Of a DNA stretch of 64,000 nt, positions 41,282 through 55,861 are shown one piece after another. The notes beneath the pieces were generated by a model that had not been told where the DNA came from, did not search any database, and worked only from the letters and a program-made list of their open reading frames with translations. Position 1 is the stretch's first letter. Every line of letters starts with the position of its first letter. The stretch covers positions 301,692,001 to 301,756,000 of the forward strand of contig OZ024743.1 of NCBI GenBank assembly GCA_964016885.1, in the 5' to 3' direction. The translations under genes and the position numbers were made by a program. Source of the stretch: Eledone cirrhosa. Its lineage: Eukaryota.

Positions 41282-44200
41282 AATTATATTTCACACCTCT
41301 ATCCGTCTTCAGTTATATATAAACGTCCAAAACCCAATCTATATTGTTTTCTTTACAAAACTGGCAATATGTAGGTGCAAAATCTGTTCTGCTATCCCTC
41401 TTCTTCTCATTCAAACTAGTGATACACAAGCAATATTTTAGAACTAATACATATAAATATAATAATTATGTACCAATTTACGTTACAATAATTACGTGTA
41501 TTGGTATTTCAAAATATATTTTGCCAGAAAGAGTACAAGGGTGAATATGAATGTTTATGTGAATGTATATATATATATATATCAATTTTTCGGTATATTT
41601 GTGCAACTACTTATATGTGGGAATCACATTTCAATAATATTCTGTCTTCCTTGCACGTCTACCAAGCGAAATTTCTTCCACAAAATGCACATGAAAGCGT
41701 ATTGTATTATTTCGTGGAATTTTGACACTATTCCCAATATAATAAACAAAAAAGAACTTAAACAAATATTGTTAAGGTATACTGAGCAAATATATGATAT
41801 ATATTCAACGTTGGTATAGTGTTCGAACCACTAAAAAAACAAAACAGATAGATTCTGTAAAAAATCAGTATAATGTGTGCTTTGTTTTTGCTGATAATGA
41901 TGTATATATTAAATCAGACACATAGGAATCCATAGTAACTAAATATCATAAGAATTGAGATAAACTGAAAATAGAATATACTTGTTATTATATTTTTTAC
42001 AGTATTTATATTGCTACAAAAAAAAGATATGCTAAAAAAGTAACTACATGCACACATGCATAAACATACATATGTACATACATACATAGACACATATATA
42101 CATGACCACGTACGTATACACATACTGATACATATATGCCTACATACAGGCATATATATATATCAATATATAGCTATATACAGTAACACATATATCAATA
42201 CATACATACGTACATACATACTTACACACATACAAGCATAGGCACATACACACTGCCATATGTACACATACCTATATATGGAAATTAAATTGATTGCTGT
42301 TAAAACCAGAAAATGGAAATTCGGAATATTTCCAGAACATCAGTACCATAATCCACCTGAAATTAAACAAGATATATAGGCCCAACATCGATGCAAACAG
42401 CTTTGCCATTTTGCTACATTTACCACTGAAAAACTCTACTAAACAACAGGCGTTGACGCACATCCATGTATATTTCTATCTACACGCATAGCAGATATCA
42501 TGCGAGTCGGGAAAGAGATTATACAGTACTCCTTGAGTAAGGACCAAGTATATACACCCAGTGAAGCCTCATGGTACTACTGAATCAAATAAGCTGATAA
42601 CGGATGTGTGATTAATAATAAGTATAACTATGCTTTCAGCTACCTTCATAGTGAGCTTTACAATAGCTAATCAAACTTGTCTATTATGGATAAACCACAA
42701 TTATATTGGCTGTTACGTTTTAATTTCGCTTTTTGTAGAACAAGAAAAAGGAATATCACGAACTGTTTGTTTTGTAAACATAATATAAAAGCATGTATAT
42801 CTAGAACATAAAATAAATGGGATCTCGATGAACACCAGCGTGTTACCCACATCATAAACAGCTGTCGAAGTTGTCATCATCGAACTAAGGACATACGAGT
42901 AATGACATTTTGATGAAAATACTATATAATGTATTCCGTAGACGATATATAAATATGAAAGTTTACTTGTAAAATGTTCCCCTCAAAACACAAATACAAT
43001 GTTGGCATAACAGAATAGCCATAATTATATGAAAAAGTGTAAAATTGTCATACACATGAGTGGATTTAATCTGCCCCATATATGTTAATATTGTGTTAAA
43101 AATCGGTGGAAAGGATAATAACTAAGTCCAACTATTGAGGGACTTCTGACATTGACTATAGGGTATATAATCATCTATAGTCATAGTATTACATATATTT
43201 CTTACTAAAAGCCTCGGTACACATCATAAAAATCTGGGCTTCACAAAATAAGAAAGAGCGTGGCAATGTAGGAAATTGCTAGTACAATCGTTTAATGGAA
43301 TTGTAAAAAATCTGTAAACTATTCCAGATGATGTGAATATAATACACAGATAAAGGTAGATAGGTAGATACAGAGTGCGTGTATGTATAAGTGCCCATAT
43401 GTGTGTGCACGCGCGCACACGTGTGTGTGTGAACATGTATATATAATGTTCTCTTTTACCTGTTCCAGCCAACTTTCATGTTTATGCTGGGACATCCTTG
43501 GCCACCACCATAATCGCTACACGTTCATTAGTTGTCGAATGATGTAAGAGAGTGTTTGTCACTGATGTTTTTTATTTATATATACTTTTCATGTATGTTA
43601 ATATATGCACATGACAAGGTGTTGTGCAAAACCTACATTTATCTTGATAGGTAGATGTAACAGATAATATTGTGAAGTTATGAATTTCATAACTGAATCC
43701 CATATTCTTTAATGCAGTAATGAATAGGTAATTAGTTAATATCTGACACACAAATAAGGATCAGAATAGAGGGCAAAAAAGAGAGAATAGTATACCAAGT
43801 ATTTTCACCGTCTATGATGTAGTTGCTATTTGTTTTATTAGCATGTGACGCTATCTATATTGCCACATGAATAACTTTGAATAAAAGGAAGATTCATGGC
43901 TCACAGCTTTGATGGAAATGCGAACGTTAAATATGGTTCGATAAAACGAAACCTCTAGTGGCTTAAATCAAATCAACAAACATTATTTGCAATGTTGTTT
44001 GCAAAAACATGCGGTTGAAAAAACATATGAAGGATTTTTCTTTGTTTATATTCTACATCCGATTACATATTGAATTATTTGCATGTCAGTGAGATTCGAA
44101 ATTCTTAACGCTGCTTTTCAGCAAAAATAAATTGGCTTTTATATATCCATTTCATATAACTATTATGTATTCGCTAAACTCGGACGATCTAAGTTTAAGT

Positions 44201-45225
44201 ATAAGAACAAACAACAGGGAAAACAGGCGTATTATAACGCCATTATATGCTGGGGGACGAACAGATTATCTGTGTAAACGCAATCTTATAGACGACATGA
44301 CAAGCTTATACCCAAAAGCCTTTGTAGATGTTACATTTTATGAAGGTTGCAATGTTGTAATATTGTTTTTGAAATGAAATAATTTAAATATTAAAATAAT
44401 CAATAGCTCGTTATACACTTTTAAACAATTGCAAATATTGACTGGCATATTAGTTGAAATGTAAATTGAGATACCTACATCTATAAATCAATTAAGAAAC
44501 TCAATGTAGAATTCGAGACTTGTGTCATAAGATGCAGACGTTAAATAAAGTTTGTAGTTGCGGAGAGACGGTGCAACAAAATATTCTATTTAATAAGTAA
44601 TGTATTTCCGGATATAGATTCGCTGGTTTTGTTTTCAATAACATTAATTACAAAATCGAGTTAATATACCATATTAAAATAGTGTAAATCCAATTACACT
44701 TCTCAATTATGAGCATGCATTTGTTTATGTTGAAAATACTTACATTTATAAACGTCAGTTATAACACTTAGCATATAATGCTCCAAATATGGATTAAATA
44801 ATATTACATTTCAAATATAAGGCAATAAACAATGTCTTATATGTATTGAAATAGTCATATTAAAATATAATTGTTAACACCAGCATATAACTTCGCATCA
44901 GCAATATTATTTTTCTTTACCCATAATTACACTTTCTTATTGAAGCAAAGAAGAGAAAATCCCTATTCTAAATGTTTAATCAAATCATATATTTTAATGA
45001 GTTCAAGCATTCGAATCGTTTGCAGCCATACGAGGGCATCAATTTCAGTCTCGTTGTTAATATCTATATCGGTAAATATTTCATGTTAATAGATACTGTA
45101 CATATACAACGGATAAGTATCCTTAGATCCCCCATGCGTTTCAAAAGAGTGCAACCCATCACAATGGAATAAGGAATGTTACAACCCTCATCGGCAAGGA
45201 ACAGGATCCAGTAGAGGAGACTATG

Positions 45226-45274
<49 letters not shown>

Positions 45275-46515
45275 TCATATACGCATGTGTGTATAAAAGA
45301 AGCGTGCTTCATAATATGTGTCTGTGTCTTCGTGTATGTATGCATTTGTGTGTCTGTGTTTGTATGTGCTGGCTGGTATGTGTCTGTTTGTATATAGATT
45401 CTCAAAGGGACACAAAAAAAAGAGATTCATCTTTCAGACTCACACATATCCTATTAGATTTGATAAATATCAAAACAATATATACCACTCGGTGCAAATC
45501 TTTACAGTATTCGTTATACACATCGATATATACTTATGTGTGGTGTTCGTTGGTTTACCTACGTGATATCCGCTTGTTTTTTCGGGTTTTCTTGTGTGTA
45601 TGTGAAGGGGTCCGTGTGTGACTGTCTGCATATGAGCATGTGTTTCTGTGTGAGCGTGTGCATGTGTGTATGTTTGCATGTGTGCATGTGTGCGTGTGTT
45701 TCTGTGTTTATCTCTTGCTATGTGTGATTCTAAAAGTAAAAACAAATTATATTTCTTATGGGTTGAATTTAGACTATACCTCAATGAATAGATTATGGCT
45801 ATTTACTTGTCTCAGTGGGTGACCCTAATATACAGTGCAGTTAGCTAGAGGCCATATCTAAGTTCTTTAAACAACATATTTTAACTTTTCGCATAGAGAA
45901 CTACTTTTGTAACTAATTATGTTTCTATCGTATGTATGGACTTTGGCAAAATACATAAACCAATCAAATTCGAAGACTTATTTTATAAAATAAATTAAAC
46001 GTTTGCCACATTTCTACTGAATTCCTGGAAGGAGTATGATTCAACATCAGAATACTGCTTTCCCAAACACACTCATGCTCACATATACGCCAACTGTAAC
46101 TATTTAACTCCCATCCACTCACTAACACGCAAACAACCATTATATATATATATATATACTGTAAGAAAGTTTTACACCACACCATTCAATAAACTATGAT
46201 CTAATGAGTATCAAACACCCATCATCACATGTATCCTTCCAAATACATTACATAATTATGCCAACAACCAATCACTACACGACCTCCGTAGACAAGACCT
46301 TATACAATACATTTGGTATGTAATATATTTATAATGCTATGCAGGCTATTGATAAAGGAACCGATGTGTATTCAGTGTTGCTATTAAAACGTCGGTTTCC
46401 AGAGAAACATTTTTTTTATTGCTGTACATGATCATACACAAAGAGAATCATTGTATATTTCCCACCAGAGGTGAAGTTCACACTATGTGGAGTTCTATTA
46501 TCCTTTACATACAAA

Positions 46516-46649
<134 letters not shown>

Positions 46650-48529
46650 TCATTTGTACATAATCACTAATACATAACACGATAAATGATAACCCGTAAA
46701 AACTCACGCACATAAATATATGCATAAGATATGAATTATTTCTTTTGGTCCCATACCCTATTTGAATAATCAGAGAATTATACAATTTCGTTGGGCCTGT
46801 TCCTATTCCAGAAATCCTCTTGCAAAGCATGAATAAGTATAATTATATCATTGCAAACTTAATCTCCAATAGAGTAATATAATATATATTATGTCTTTGT
46901 GTCATTCATTCACCGAATGATAAGGAGATGGGCATATAGACATCGTTTGTTATATAGAAAGAGAAAGCAATGTTATTTACGTGAATTGGGAATGTATTGA
47001 ATTTAGTAGATTTATTAGGAATATATGATATGCGGCAAGGCAGAATACCTGATAACTTAAATGTATTATTGAATTCCGATCTTCAAACATGATTTTGTGT
47101 CTCATGTTGTGAAAAAATGTTTATGACCCAACGTAATCTCTTACAAATAATCATTTGGAATATTCAAACAGAGACGCCCTGAACTTGTATCTCATATTTC
47201 CTTATACTGTGTATAATTGACTATGAACACAACATCTGGTAATGTATAAATGCAGTTAAATATTCTTTCGAAATGAACTCAACATCCAGAAGCAATGGAG
47301 AAACGCCACACCATACGATGCTAAACAGAAACAATGATAACATTTTCTAAAATAGACAAACCAAAGTGTTAAGGATATTGGATCTTAGTGCGCCTCAAAA
47401 GGAATTCTGTAGGAACATGGGAAATTTCTGATAAAATATCGATGTGATTTTACAAATACGTATGCTAACTACGGATATTTTGTGGATACATTTCGGCGAA
47501 TACCATCACATTTGCCTCAGCTCCATCAAAGTACTTGACATTAATCATATTAAACCAAAGTTATATGGACGCCTAACAGGGGAATGTTATTATTATTTTT
47601 AATTTCAATAAATGGCAATTAAGAAGACCAACATGTTGCAACCGTTCAGCTTAGGGTCTTTGTCCGAGGATGCATTCAACTCATATATCAGCTTACGAGA
47701 TACAAAGCATATTCAAGAGTATTACCATTCCACAATCATATAGCAATGGAAATACAAGCACACCAAAATACATTATTAGGTGATTCTCCTTAGATGGTGA
47801 CCGGTATAATCCGTCAGATAAATATGTTCTTCAGTTATTTTGACGAGTCTGGATTGAGAATGCAGTAATTGGATTAAAAATTGTAAATAAACTGACCATT
47901 CCCTTTGTGCTTTTTCAAAAAATAGTTACAGCCGAAGGTATGAGCTACTTAAGCCAAGCTTTGTTGATTAGAATACTATGCAAGTGAGCCAATTAGAAAT
48001 CATCTACAAAGTTGTTTGATTTGGTAGATGTAACACTTAAAGCTGGTTTAATTAACGCTTGCGATCTAGGAAGCTAATTTTGACGTTAGCAGGTATATTG
48101 TTTGAATGGAAATTAAGGGTATATTCATAAAATATACGAATTGACCATATATGACTTAAACCATAGATGACACACATAACTTGCACTTTCGGTGATAGAT
48201 TCGAACAGCAATTACTTGTTTAATAATAAATATTTCTACTGCAATGATAGGTCCTTTCTCTACGTACGACCAATTGCTGAGACCATAGTCAATCTCAAGA
48301 GAATTTAATATCGAGTTTTAGATAACGAAGGAGGTCCTACACCACAATATTTCATGTTTGTTAATGTTATGATAGTTTACACACGTCTGATGGCGTGTAT
48401 AGAGTGAGCTTAATGGTTAACACATGATAGCGTTTCAAAACAATGTGAGGTATCCGTGCATATGTTACTACACGAAGTAATTCATACACGTTAACCTACC
48501 CACACATATGAATTAATAATAATAATAAC

Positions 48530-48571
<42 letters not shown>

Positions 48572-48572
<1 letters not shown>

Positions 48573-51561
48573 TAGAAATTGTAACAAACTATAAAGTAGA
48601 TGAACATGTTAAACAAACTAAACTTAGAAAATTGAAAAAAAAGTACATATAAAATCAACAAGTGACATAGACATGCTGATAGAAATAATCAAGCAAAAAG
48701 TGTCGGCCAAAGCTGCTCGTATAAGGCGCTTTGAAAAACGATCTATATTCTATAAGGACAATAATATGTTCAAAAACAACCAAAGAAACTTCTACAGAAA
48801 AATTGGTAAGTCAACAATAACTGCTAAATCAATACCACCCAAGGAGGAAGTGCAAGAATTCTGGGAAAAGATCTGGGCCGGAGAAAAAGTTCATAACATA
48901 CATGCCCATGGATAGAATGACAAATGAAAGATACAGCTCATCTTGAGGAACAAATATGGGAAAATATAACAGTTGAACAGATGCGCTTGGCTCTAAGAAA
49001 AAGCAGCAAATGGAAATCCCCAGAAAAAGACAATATACAAAACTTTTGGATAAATGCCTTCACAGAGTCTCATGAGCTGTTAGCCCAACTTTACAATGAA
49101 ATAGTTAAGGAGCCAGAAAAGATACCAGCATGGCTAGTTAACGGCATTACATTCCTGCTTCCGAAGAATGATGAGACAAACAATCCCCAAAATTACAGAC
49201 CGATAACTTGCTTGACCACAATGTATAAAATTTTAACATCAGTCCTAACTGAATACACATATGACCACCTGATAACAAATGACCTATTTCCCATTGAGCA
49301 GAAAGGGTGTAAACGAGGCTCATATGGCTGTAAGGATCAGCTTCTGGTTAACAAAATGATACTGAAAGATTGTCATAATAGATACAAAAATATATCGATT
49401 GCTTGTATAGATTATAAAAAAAGCATTCGATAGTTTGCCACACAGTTGGATTGAAAAATGTTTTGAGATTTTCAAAATATCCCCCGTTGTCAGGAGGTTT
49501 TTGTCATTCAGTATGAAGACATGGAAAACGACACTCCTTTTGAATAGTGAAACAAAATCACTGGAAGCTGGAGAAGTTAATATTAATTGTGGAATTTTTC
49601 AGGGTGACTCTTTATAACCGCGTTTATTCTGCATCGCACTGATACCATTAAGTAAAATGCTCAATGAAACAAAACATGGATATAAAGTCTATGACAAAAC
49701 CATTAATCACTTGTTCTACATGGATGACCTGAAACTATTTGCAAAAAGTGATGAACAATTGCAGGGGCTATTATCCACTGTGGAGCATTTCAGTGATGAC
49801 ATTAAAATGGAGTTTGGACTAGATAAATGCGCCAAAGCAACGTTAACCAGAGGAATGCTGCTGAAGAGTTCAGACATAAATCTTGATCGGGGGAACGTGA
49901 TGAGAGAACTTGATCAAGAAAAAACTTACAAATATCTAGGTGTTTGTGAAGGAGACGGAATGAAGCACTCGACAATGAGGGAAAGGATGTTACCGCAGAG
50001 TAAGAGCAATCTTAAGAACAGAATTGAATGCAAGGAATAGGATCGATGCCATAAACACGCTTGCCATACCAGTATTAACCTACAGTTACAATGTTATCAA
50101 CTGGTCAAGCACAGAGATCTGTAGGCTCGATACAAACATTCGAAAATGCTTAACCATGCACAAAATGCATCACCCTAAGGCAGATAGATATAGATAGAAT
50201 ATATTTCCCTAGGAAAGAAGGAGGACGTGGGTTAATCCAGTTAGACAGTGCGTTGAAAACTGCAACAATTGGATTATCTACATATCTAAGGGAATTACAT
50301 GATTGGATGGTCAAACTCGTTTTGAAACACGAAAGCATCAAAAGATCATATTCCATTACAAAAGATGCACAAAGATACAGTAATGGACTACAAATTTCAG
50401 AAGTCCCATTTACTGCTGAAATGGAAAACACAGAAAAAGCAAAGCAGGTAAAAGTAACTGCAAAGAAAGAACTGCTACAGAAACTGGCTAAGAAATGGCA
50501 AGAAAAGCCTCTGTATGGAAAATACCCAGAGCGAGCTAACAATCCTGATGTTGACAAAACTTTAACCCATCAGTAGTTGGCATCCTCTGGACTGAAATCG
50601 GAGAATGAAGGACTGATTATATCAGCACAAGATCAGTGTCTGCTAACAAAAAATTACCAAGCCAACATAATAAAAAATGGATGCAGCCGATTATGCCGTG
50701 TATGCAAAAAACAACCAGAGACCATTGACCATATAATTTCAATGTGCAGGCCTATAGCTCCAACCGAATACCTAAACAGGCATGACAGAGCTGCACAATA
50801 CATACAATGGATAATGTGTAAGCATTTTGACCTGCCCCATCAAAAGAATTGGTGGGAGCATCAACCACCTCCCATACTTGAAAAATATCACATCTCAATC
50901 TTGTGGAACTTTAGCATCTGTGGAGAGAGAGAGGAGAATGTGGCTCACATTGTATGCGAGTATAAACACCTAGCCCAGACTCACTATAAAGGCTGGATAC
51001 ATGATGTGATGGGCAGGCTGATCCACTGGCCCCTATGCGAAGTAAACAATTTACCATCCTGAGAAGTGGTATGAGCATAAGCCAGAGTCGGTGATAGAAA
51101 ACGACCAGGTGAAGGTGCTGTGGGATTTTAGGATACAGACGGACAAGATACTTTAACACAATAGACCTGACCTGGTGGTTTTGGACAAGGAAACAAGATC
51201 GTGCCTGATTGTGGATGTGGCTTGCCCATTCGACACGAGAGGGCGAGAGAAGGAGAGGGAGAAAATTAACCGATACCAGGACCTAAAGTGGGAGGTGAAA
51301 AGGATTTGGAACTGCCATGAAGTCAATTGGTCCCGATTGTCATAGGCGAACTAGGGACTATCTCCAAAAGTTTCCAGGGATGGTTAAAGAAAATTGGCCC
51401 CTTCAGGCTATTTGGAACGCTTCAAAAAGCATGCTTGCTGGGAACAGCAAGAACCCTCCGATACGTCCTGAATATCTGAGGCTGCAGCTAGTGGCTTGAT
51501 ATTCATTTCAACAAACGTTCCAGTTAACTAACATAAATGACTGAGACTCAAAGATCAAGAC
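48572..51561 (+). mobile_element. Decayed R4/Dong-clade non-LTR retrotransposon (RT, CCHC, restriction-like endonuclease), 5'-truncated and chimeric
   Basis: WKSP..D.IQNFW, NYRPITCLTTMYK, EQKGC...GCKDQL, IDYKK, GIFQGDSL, HLFYMDDLKLF, FGLDKC, YKYLG, CRVC..ETIDHI...C, RPDLVV..IVDVACPFD, EKINRYQDL, broken by many stops and frameshifts. Flanked by (TAA)n at 48515-48570 and 51562-51577. Confidence 0.93.
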
Positions 51562-51577
51562 TAATAATAATAATAAT

Positions 51578-52880
51578 GCTTTCTGTATTAACCACAAGGG
51601 TTTACATAAAGTATACATACAGGAGAGTACAGGACCATACAGGACGGCACAAATGGGCATTTCTGCGTGTAAAAAACAAAAGCCGAGGATGTAACAAAAA
51701 AAATAATAATGAAAATTCCCCAATAGGGGGGGCACTTCCGAGGGACATTCGTTGAGAAAGCCCATTAAAAGGCCACAGTGACCCTGACCACCAGGGCAAG
51801 TGCCCTCTCCCAGTTTTCCACATTTAATTTACAGACACATACTCAGAGTAGGCCCATTCACTCGGGCCATTCTTGCCTTTCTCACCCATCTTTCAACAAA
51901 ACGCTGAGAAGAGAGCACTTCCCTCTCTACCCTGATTTTCTTTTTCAAATGAAATTTGAAAAAAGTTAATCAGAGCATCACCGAAGAGGTAAGTGCTCGT
52001 CTTCAGCCCTTTCAAACGTGTCCACCATACTATCTCTTTCGCCATGGCCATCAGACAGATACACATTGCCTGCCCTTCCCGGCTACAGGAAGAGGGCGGG
52101 GCACTCCTCTCGATGGATTCAGCTGACAGCTGGATCTGTCCTACACGCGACAGCAGGTATTTGACATAAACCCACATGTCAGCAATGCTTGGACATTGGA
52201 CGAGTGCGTACAGGACGGCTTCGTCGCCCTGCGCGCATCTCGGACATGGCCGGCTAACGGTACATCGATGCCTGTAGAGTTTATCCAGATCTGGCAAAGC
52301 TCCTCGGTAGCACTGCCATGCCAGGGATTTCTGGTAGTTGTCCATAGACCCCCGGCCCGAAAGTTCTTCCGAAGAGATTGGCTAGTTGATTTTCGTGGAC
52401 GCCTAGAGTTTCCACAAGTACGCCATCGCTCTTCCCCTCAACCAATCCTCTATAAAACGCCAAGGTGGAATTTCCACCGATTACATTGCCCGATTGGTCA
52501 AGGGCTATGAGCGCCTGAAGACAATCCAGTCTCCAAGCGCTCCCTCTCGGTCTTCGCTTGTCCCAGTAATGCAACTCCTTCAAGGAAACGAGCAGTTTAG
52601 CAAACTGCGACCACACCTGATCACCGTTGAGGAAGAGGTGGAGATGTCGTAGCCTGAGCACGTTTCTGCGCATCATCTACCATGGCACGCCCAGCCCTCC
52701 ACGTAACAGGTGTTGACAGCAGATGGCCCGCCTGACCTACGGAGCGCGTCCCTTCCACAAAAAGCGAAAGAGCAAACGCTCCAGCACCACGGTCAGCCTG
52801 TAGTATATGACGGTCGCGATGTACGCATTTGCCCACTCCGCTCGACCTTTCAGGTTGAGAGAAGCCACCCTGTGAAGTAA
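51578..52880 (-). mobile_element. Decayed L1/Tx1-clade LINE 3' portion
   Basis: SLNLKGRAEWANAYIATVIYYRL, LFRFLWKG and zf-RVT-like WQCYRGALP...CPRC...E..LYALVQCP...WWTR. The 3' UTR ends in (ATT)n. Confidence 0.85.
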
Positions 52881-53016
52881 CCTAGTGATGTCAACATTAT
52901 GAAACATGTCATAAATAATCAGTTCTAACACGCACTGCGCTATCGTGAAAACTGAATCAGAAAAATCATTAGAATCATCAGCTGCCACTATTTGTGATTG
53001 TGTTTCAACCATTAAT

Positions 53017-53087
<71 letters not shown>

Positions 53088-53737
53088 CGTAGAAATTTGT
53101 TTTCCTGTAAATATGATCCTTCTAAATTAGACTTTCTAAATGCGCTTTCAAATTTACCCTGCTTCAATAAATGCAGTCCATTCAAGTTTAAATATATGTA
53201 TCAACTCATGCAGCCCAATCTAGCCCATTCAGTGAATTATGAGATACAATATATTTTAAAACGTCTCCAATGAGTTGTCTATAGGAGCAGAGAGTGTTAG
53301 TTAATGGTAAAAAGACTGTTCATTGTAACAAGTTAAGCTATAACCTCTATTATCCTACATCTACTCGCTACACTAGTAAATGTAGTTTATTATGTGTGTA
53401 TAACGGCGTAATTTACATAAACTTAGTGACACATAATCAATCATAATCATATTTCTAACTGTCAGTGGTAAGATAATCAACAGTAATATAGCAAATGGAT
53501 GAACAGATTTTTCCGAATAACTGCCCAGAAGGGCAAGTTAAATTATATAGCTAAGTATATTCCTTGATGAATGACTGAATCACATGTTTCTGTGTGCGTT
53601 GTTTCTCAGTATGTGTATATGTGTGAGGGGTATGGTTTAGTTGAACGGTTTATGTCACGGTGGGGTATATATATTTCAGTAATTTTTTTTGTATTTAGGA
53701 TGCTTATGTCCACACACCCAAACAAGCCCACGCATAC

Positions 53738-54105
<368 letters not shown>

Positions 54106-54164
54106 ATGTCACCTTATATATATATGGATGTCACCTTATATATATATCGATGTCACCATATATA

Positions 54165-55262
54165 TTGGATGTCACCTTCAACCTTAATAACGGTAATATA
54201 GAGCAATTTCACAAACTTAACGAAAATCTCAAGTATGTTAATGTAAAATCGAACCACCCTCATTCCATTATTAAATCTATCCCTAAAAATATATCCATAA
54301 GGATCTCCCGACTGTCGTCTAATTTGCAGACCTTCAACGAGCATGCTGAATATTATAATGACGCACTTAGAAAAGCTGGTTACTGCGAGAAAATAGAATA
54401 TCTAGACGATAACCACATAAGTACTATGAATAAAACACACCTAAGTCGAACTAGTATTGCACCACACACACACATCAATAGACATAATAATAGGTGCAAA
54501 CCAGCAAATAGGGTCAGACGTAGAGAGTACATATGGTATAACCCCGCGTACAATTATTCTATTAGCACTAAGATTATCTCACAATTCTATACACTAATCA
54601 ATAAACACTTTACAACTTCACATAAATACTATAACATCTTTAACTCGCGCACGATTACACTCACATACTCCACTGCACCTAACGTAGAACAACTAATTAA
54701 AAAACTCAACTCAGCAATACTGAATAAGTACATCCCTAATGACTCAGCGCACCAGCATAGCAGCATACAACGCACTAACACGCAACCACAACCCCACCAA
54801 ACTATCCAGGATTCTACTGCAAAACATAAAAATTATTGTAACTGCACCAAACCAGGTACGTGCCCACTGAATAACCAGTGCCTAGCACGCAATATTGTCT
54901 ACCGATTTACAATACATTCCGGAACCAACAAATGGTATTACGTCGGATGTACCGCAACTTCTTTCAAGGCTCGCCTATACCAACATCGATCTTCGATCAG
55001 GCACGAGAAAATGCGCTCCGTAACAACCCTCGCCGATAAAGCCTGGCAGCTTCGGAGGAACAATCAAGCGTTCTCCCTTGATTGGCAAATTATTGCAGCT
55101 GCGCCTGCATATCAGCAAAATCATCGATTCTGCAAGTTATGCAATTTAGAGATATACTGCATTTTAACGTCGGTAAACAAACTTTTGAACAGCAAAATTG
55201 AACGTTCTTTATACTGTAACCATCGTTTGAAAACGACTTTTTCTTTTTTTAAATGCATATAA
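54165..55262 (+). CDS. PLE RT-thumb, linker and GIY-YIG endonuclease; 5'-truncated but uninterrupted (~365 aa)
   Basis: LDVTF, YVNVKSNHP, RISRLSS, IWYNP.Y, CNC....CPL...CL..NIVY, YYVGCT..FKARL..H, W.I...Y...CKLCNLE...LLNSK.E...CNH. The tracked ORF start at 54024 is read-through of a microsatellite. Confidence 0.92.
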   Translation: MDVTFNLNNGNIEQFHKLNENLKYVNVKSNHPHSIIKSIPKNISIRISRLSSNLQTFNEHAEYYNDALRKAGYCEKIEYLDDNHISTMNKTHLSRTSIAPHTHINRHNNRCKPANRVRRREYIWYNPAYNYSISTKIISQFYTLINKHFTTSHKYYNIFNSRTITLTYSTAPNVEQLIKKLNSAILNKYIPNDSAHQHSSIQRTNTQPQPHQTIQDSTAKHKNYCNCTKPGTCPLNNQCLARNIVYRFTIHSGTNKWYYVGCTATSFKARLYQHRSSIRHEKMRSVTTLADKAWQLRRNNQAFSLDWQIIAAAPAYQQNHRFCKLCNLEIYCILTSVNKLLNSKIERSLYCNHRLKTTFSFFKCI

Positions 55263-55861
55263 TGCTACCTTTTACACCACCGTTTGCAAATTTCTGTTTT
55301 ATATGTTTATACACAAGATATGGCTGTCTATGATAATAGTACTAAACACTGATTTTCTGGACCCTTTTAGAAATAACCTGCTACTATAATAGCCCTAATA
55401 ACCTGTCTGTGACACTGTACCACTTTGACCCCTTTAACTAAATTTTGTCCGAACAACACCACTAGAGGAATTTACCTCCCCGCCAACCCTGACACGCCTC
55501 ATTAAGCTAACTGCTACCAAAACATTCTCTCCTCGTAATCTATACTAGTCTGACAGTCTTAAATCCTAAGACTACCTCCACCTTACTCACTTCCCTCTTC
55601 TCCTTCTCTTCCTACCTCCTTCTTTATCTTTTATCTAGTGTATATAATATTTTCATAGCATTACAATACAAAGGTCTGATGACATGGTGTGTTTGCTTAC
55701 AGTGTACCTTCGGTTTATGATAATATTTTTATATTATTCAAATAGCGAGGTATAGGTAACCCATACACTATAGAAATAATTGTTACGTAATAAATTCTGA
55801 ATACCCGCATTTCCATTTCGTAAACTTCTTCTTCATATATATACATATATATATATATATA

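Noticed and set aside
45127-45225. Possible exon DPPCVSKECNPSQWNKECYNP
   Set aside because: Weak donor within a microsatellite, no partner exons and no recognisable domain.
55676-55730. CTGATGA at the end of the PLE 3' UTR
   Set aside because: The position fits an HHR but no GAAA box follows, so it is at most a remnant.
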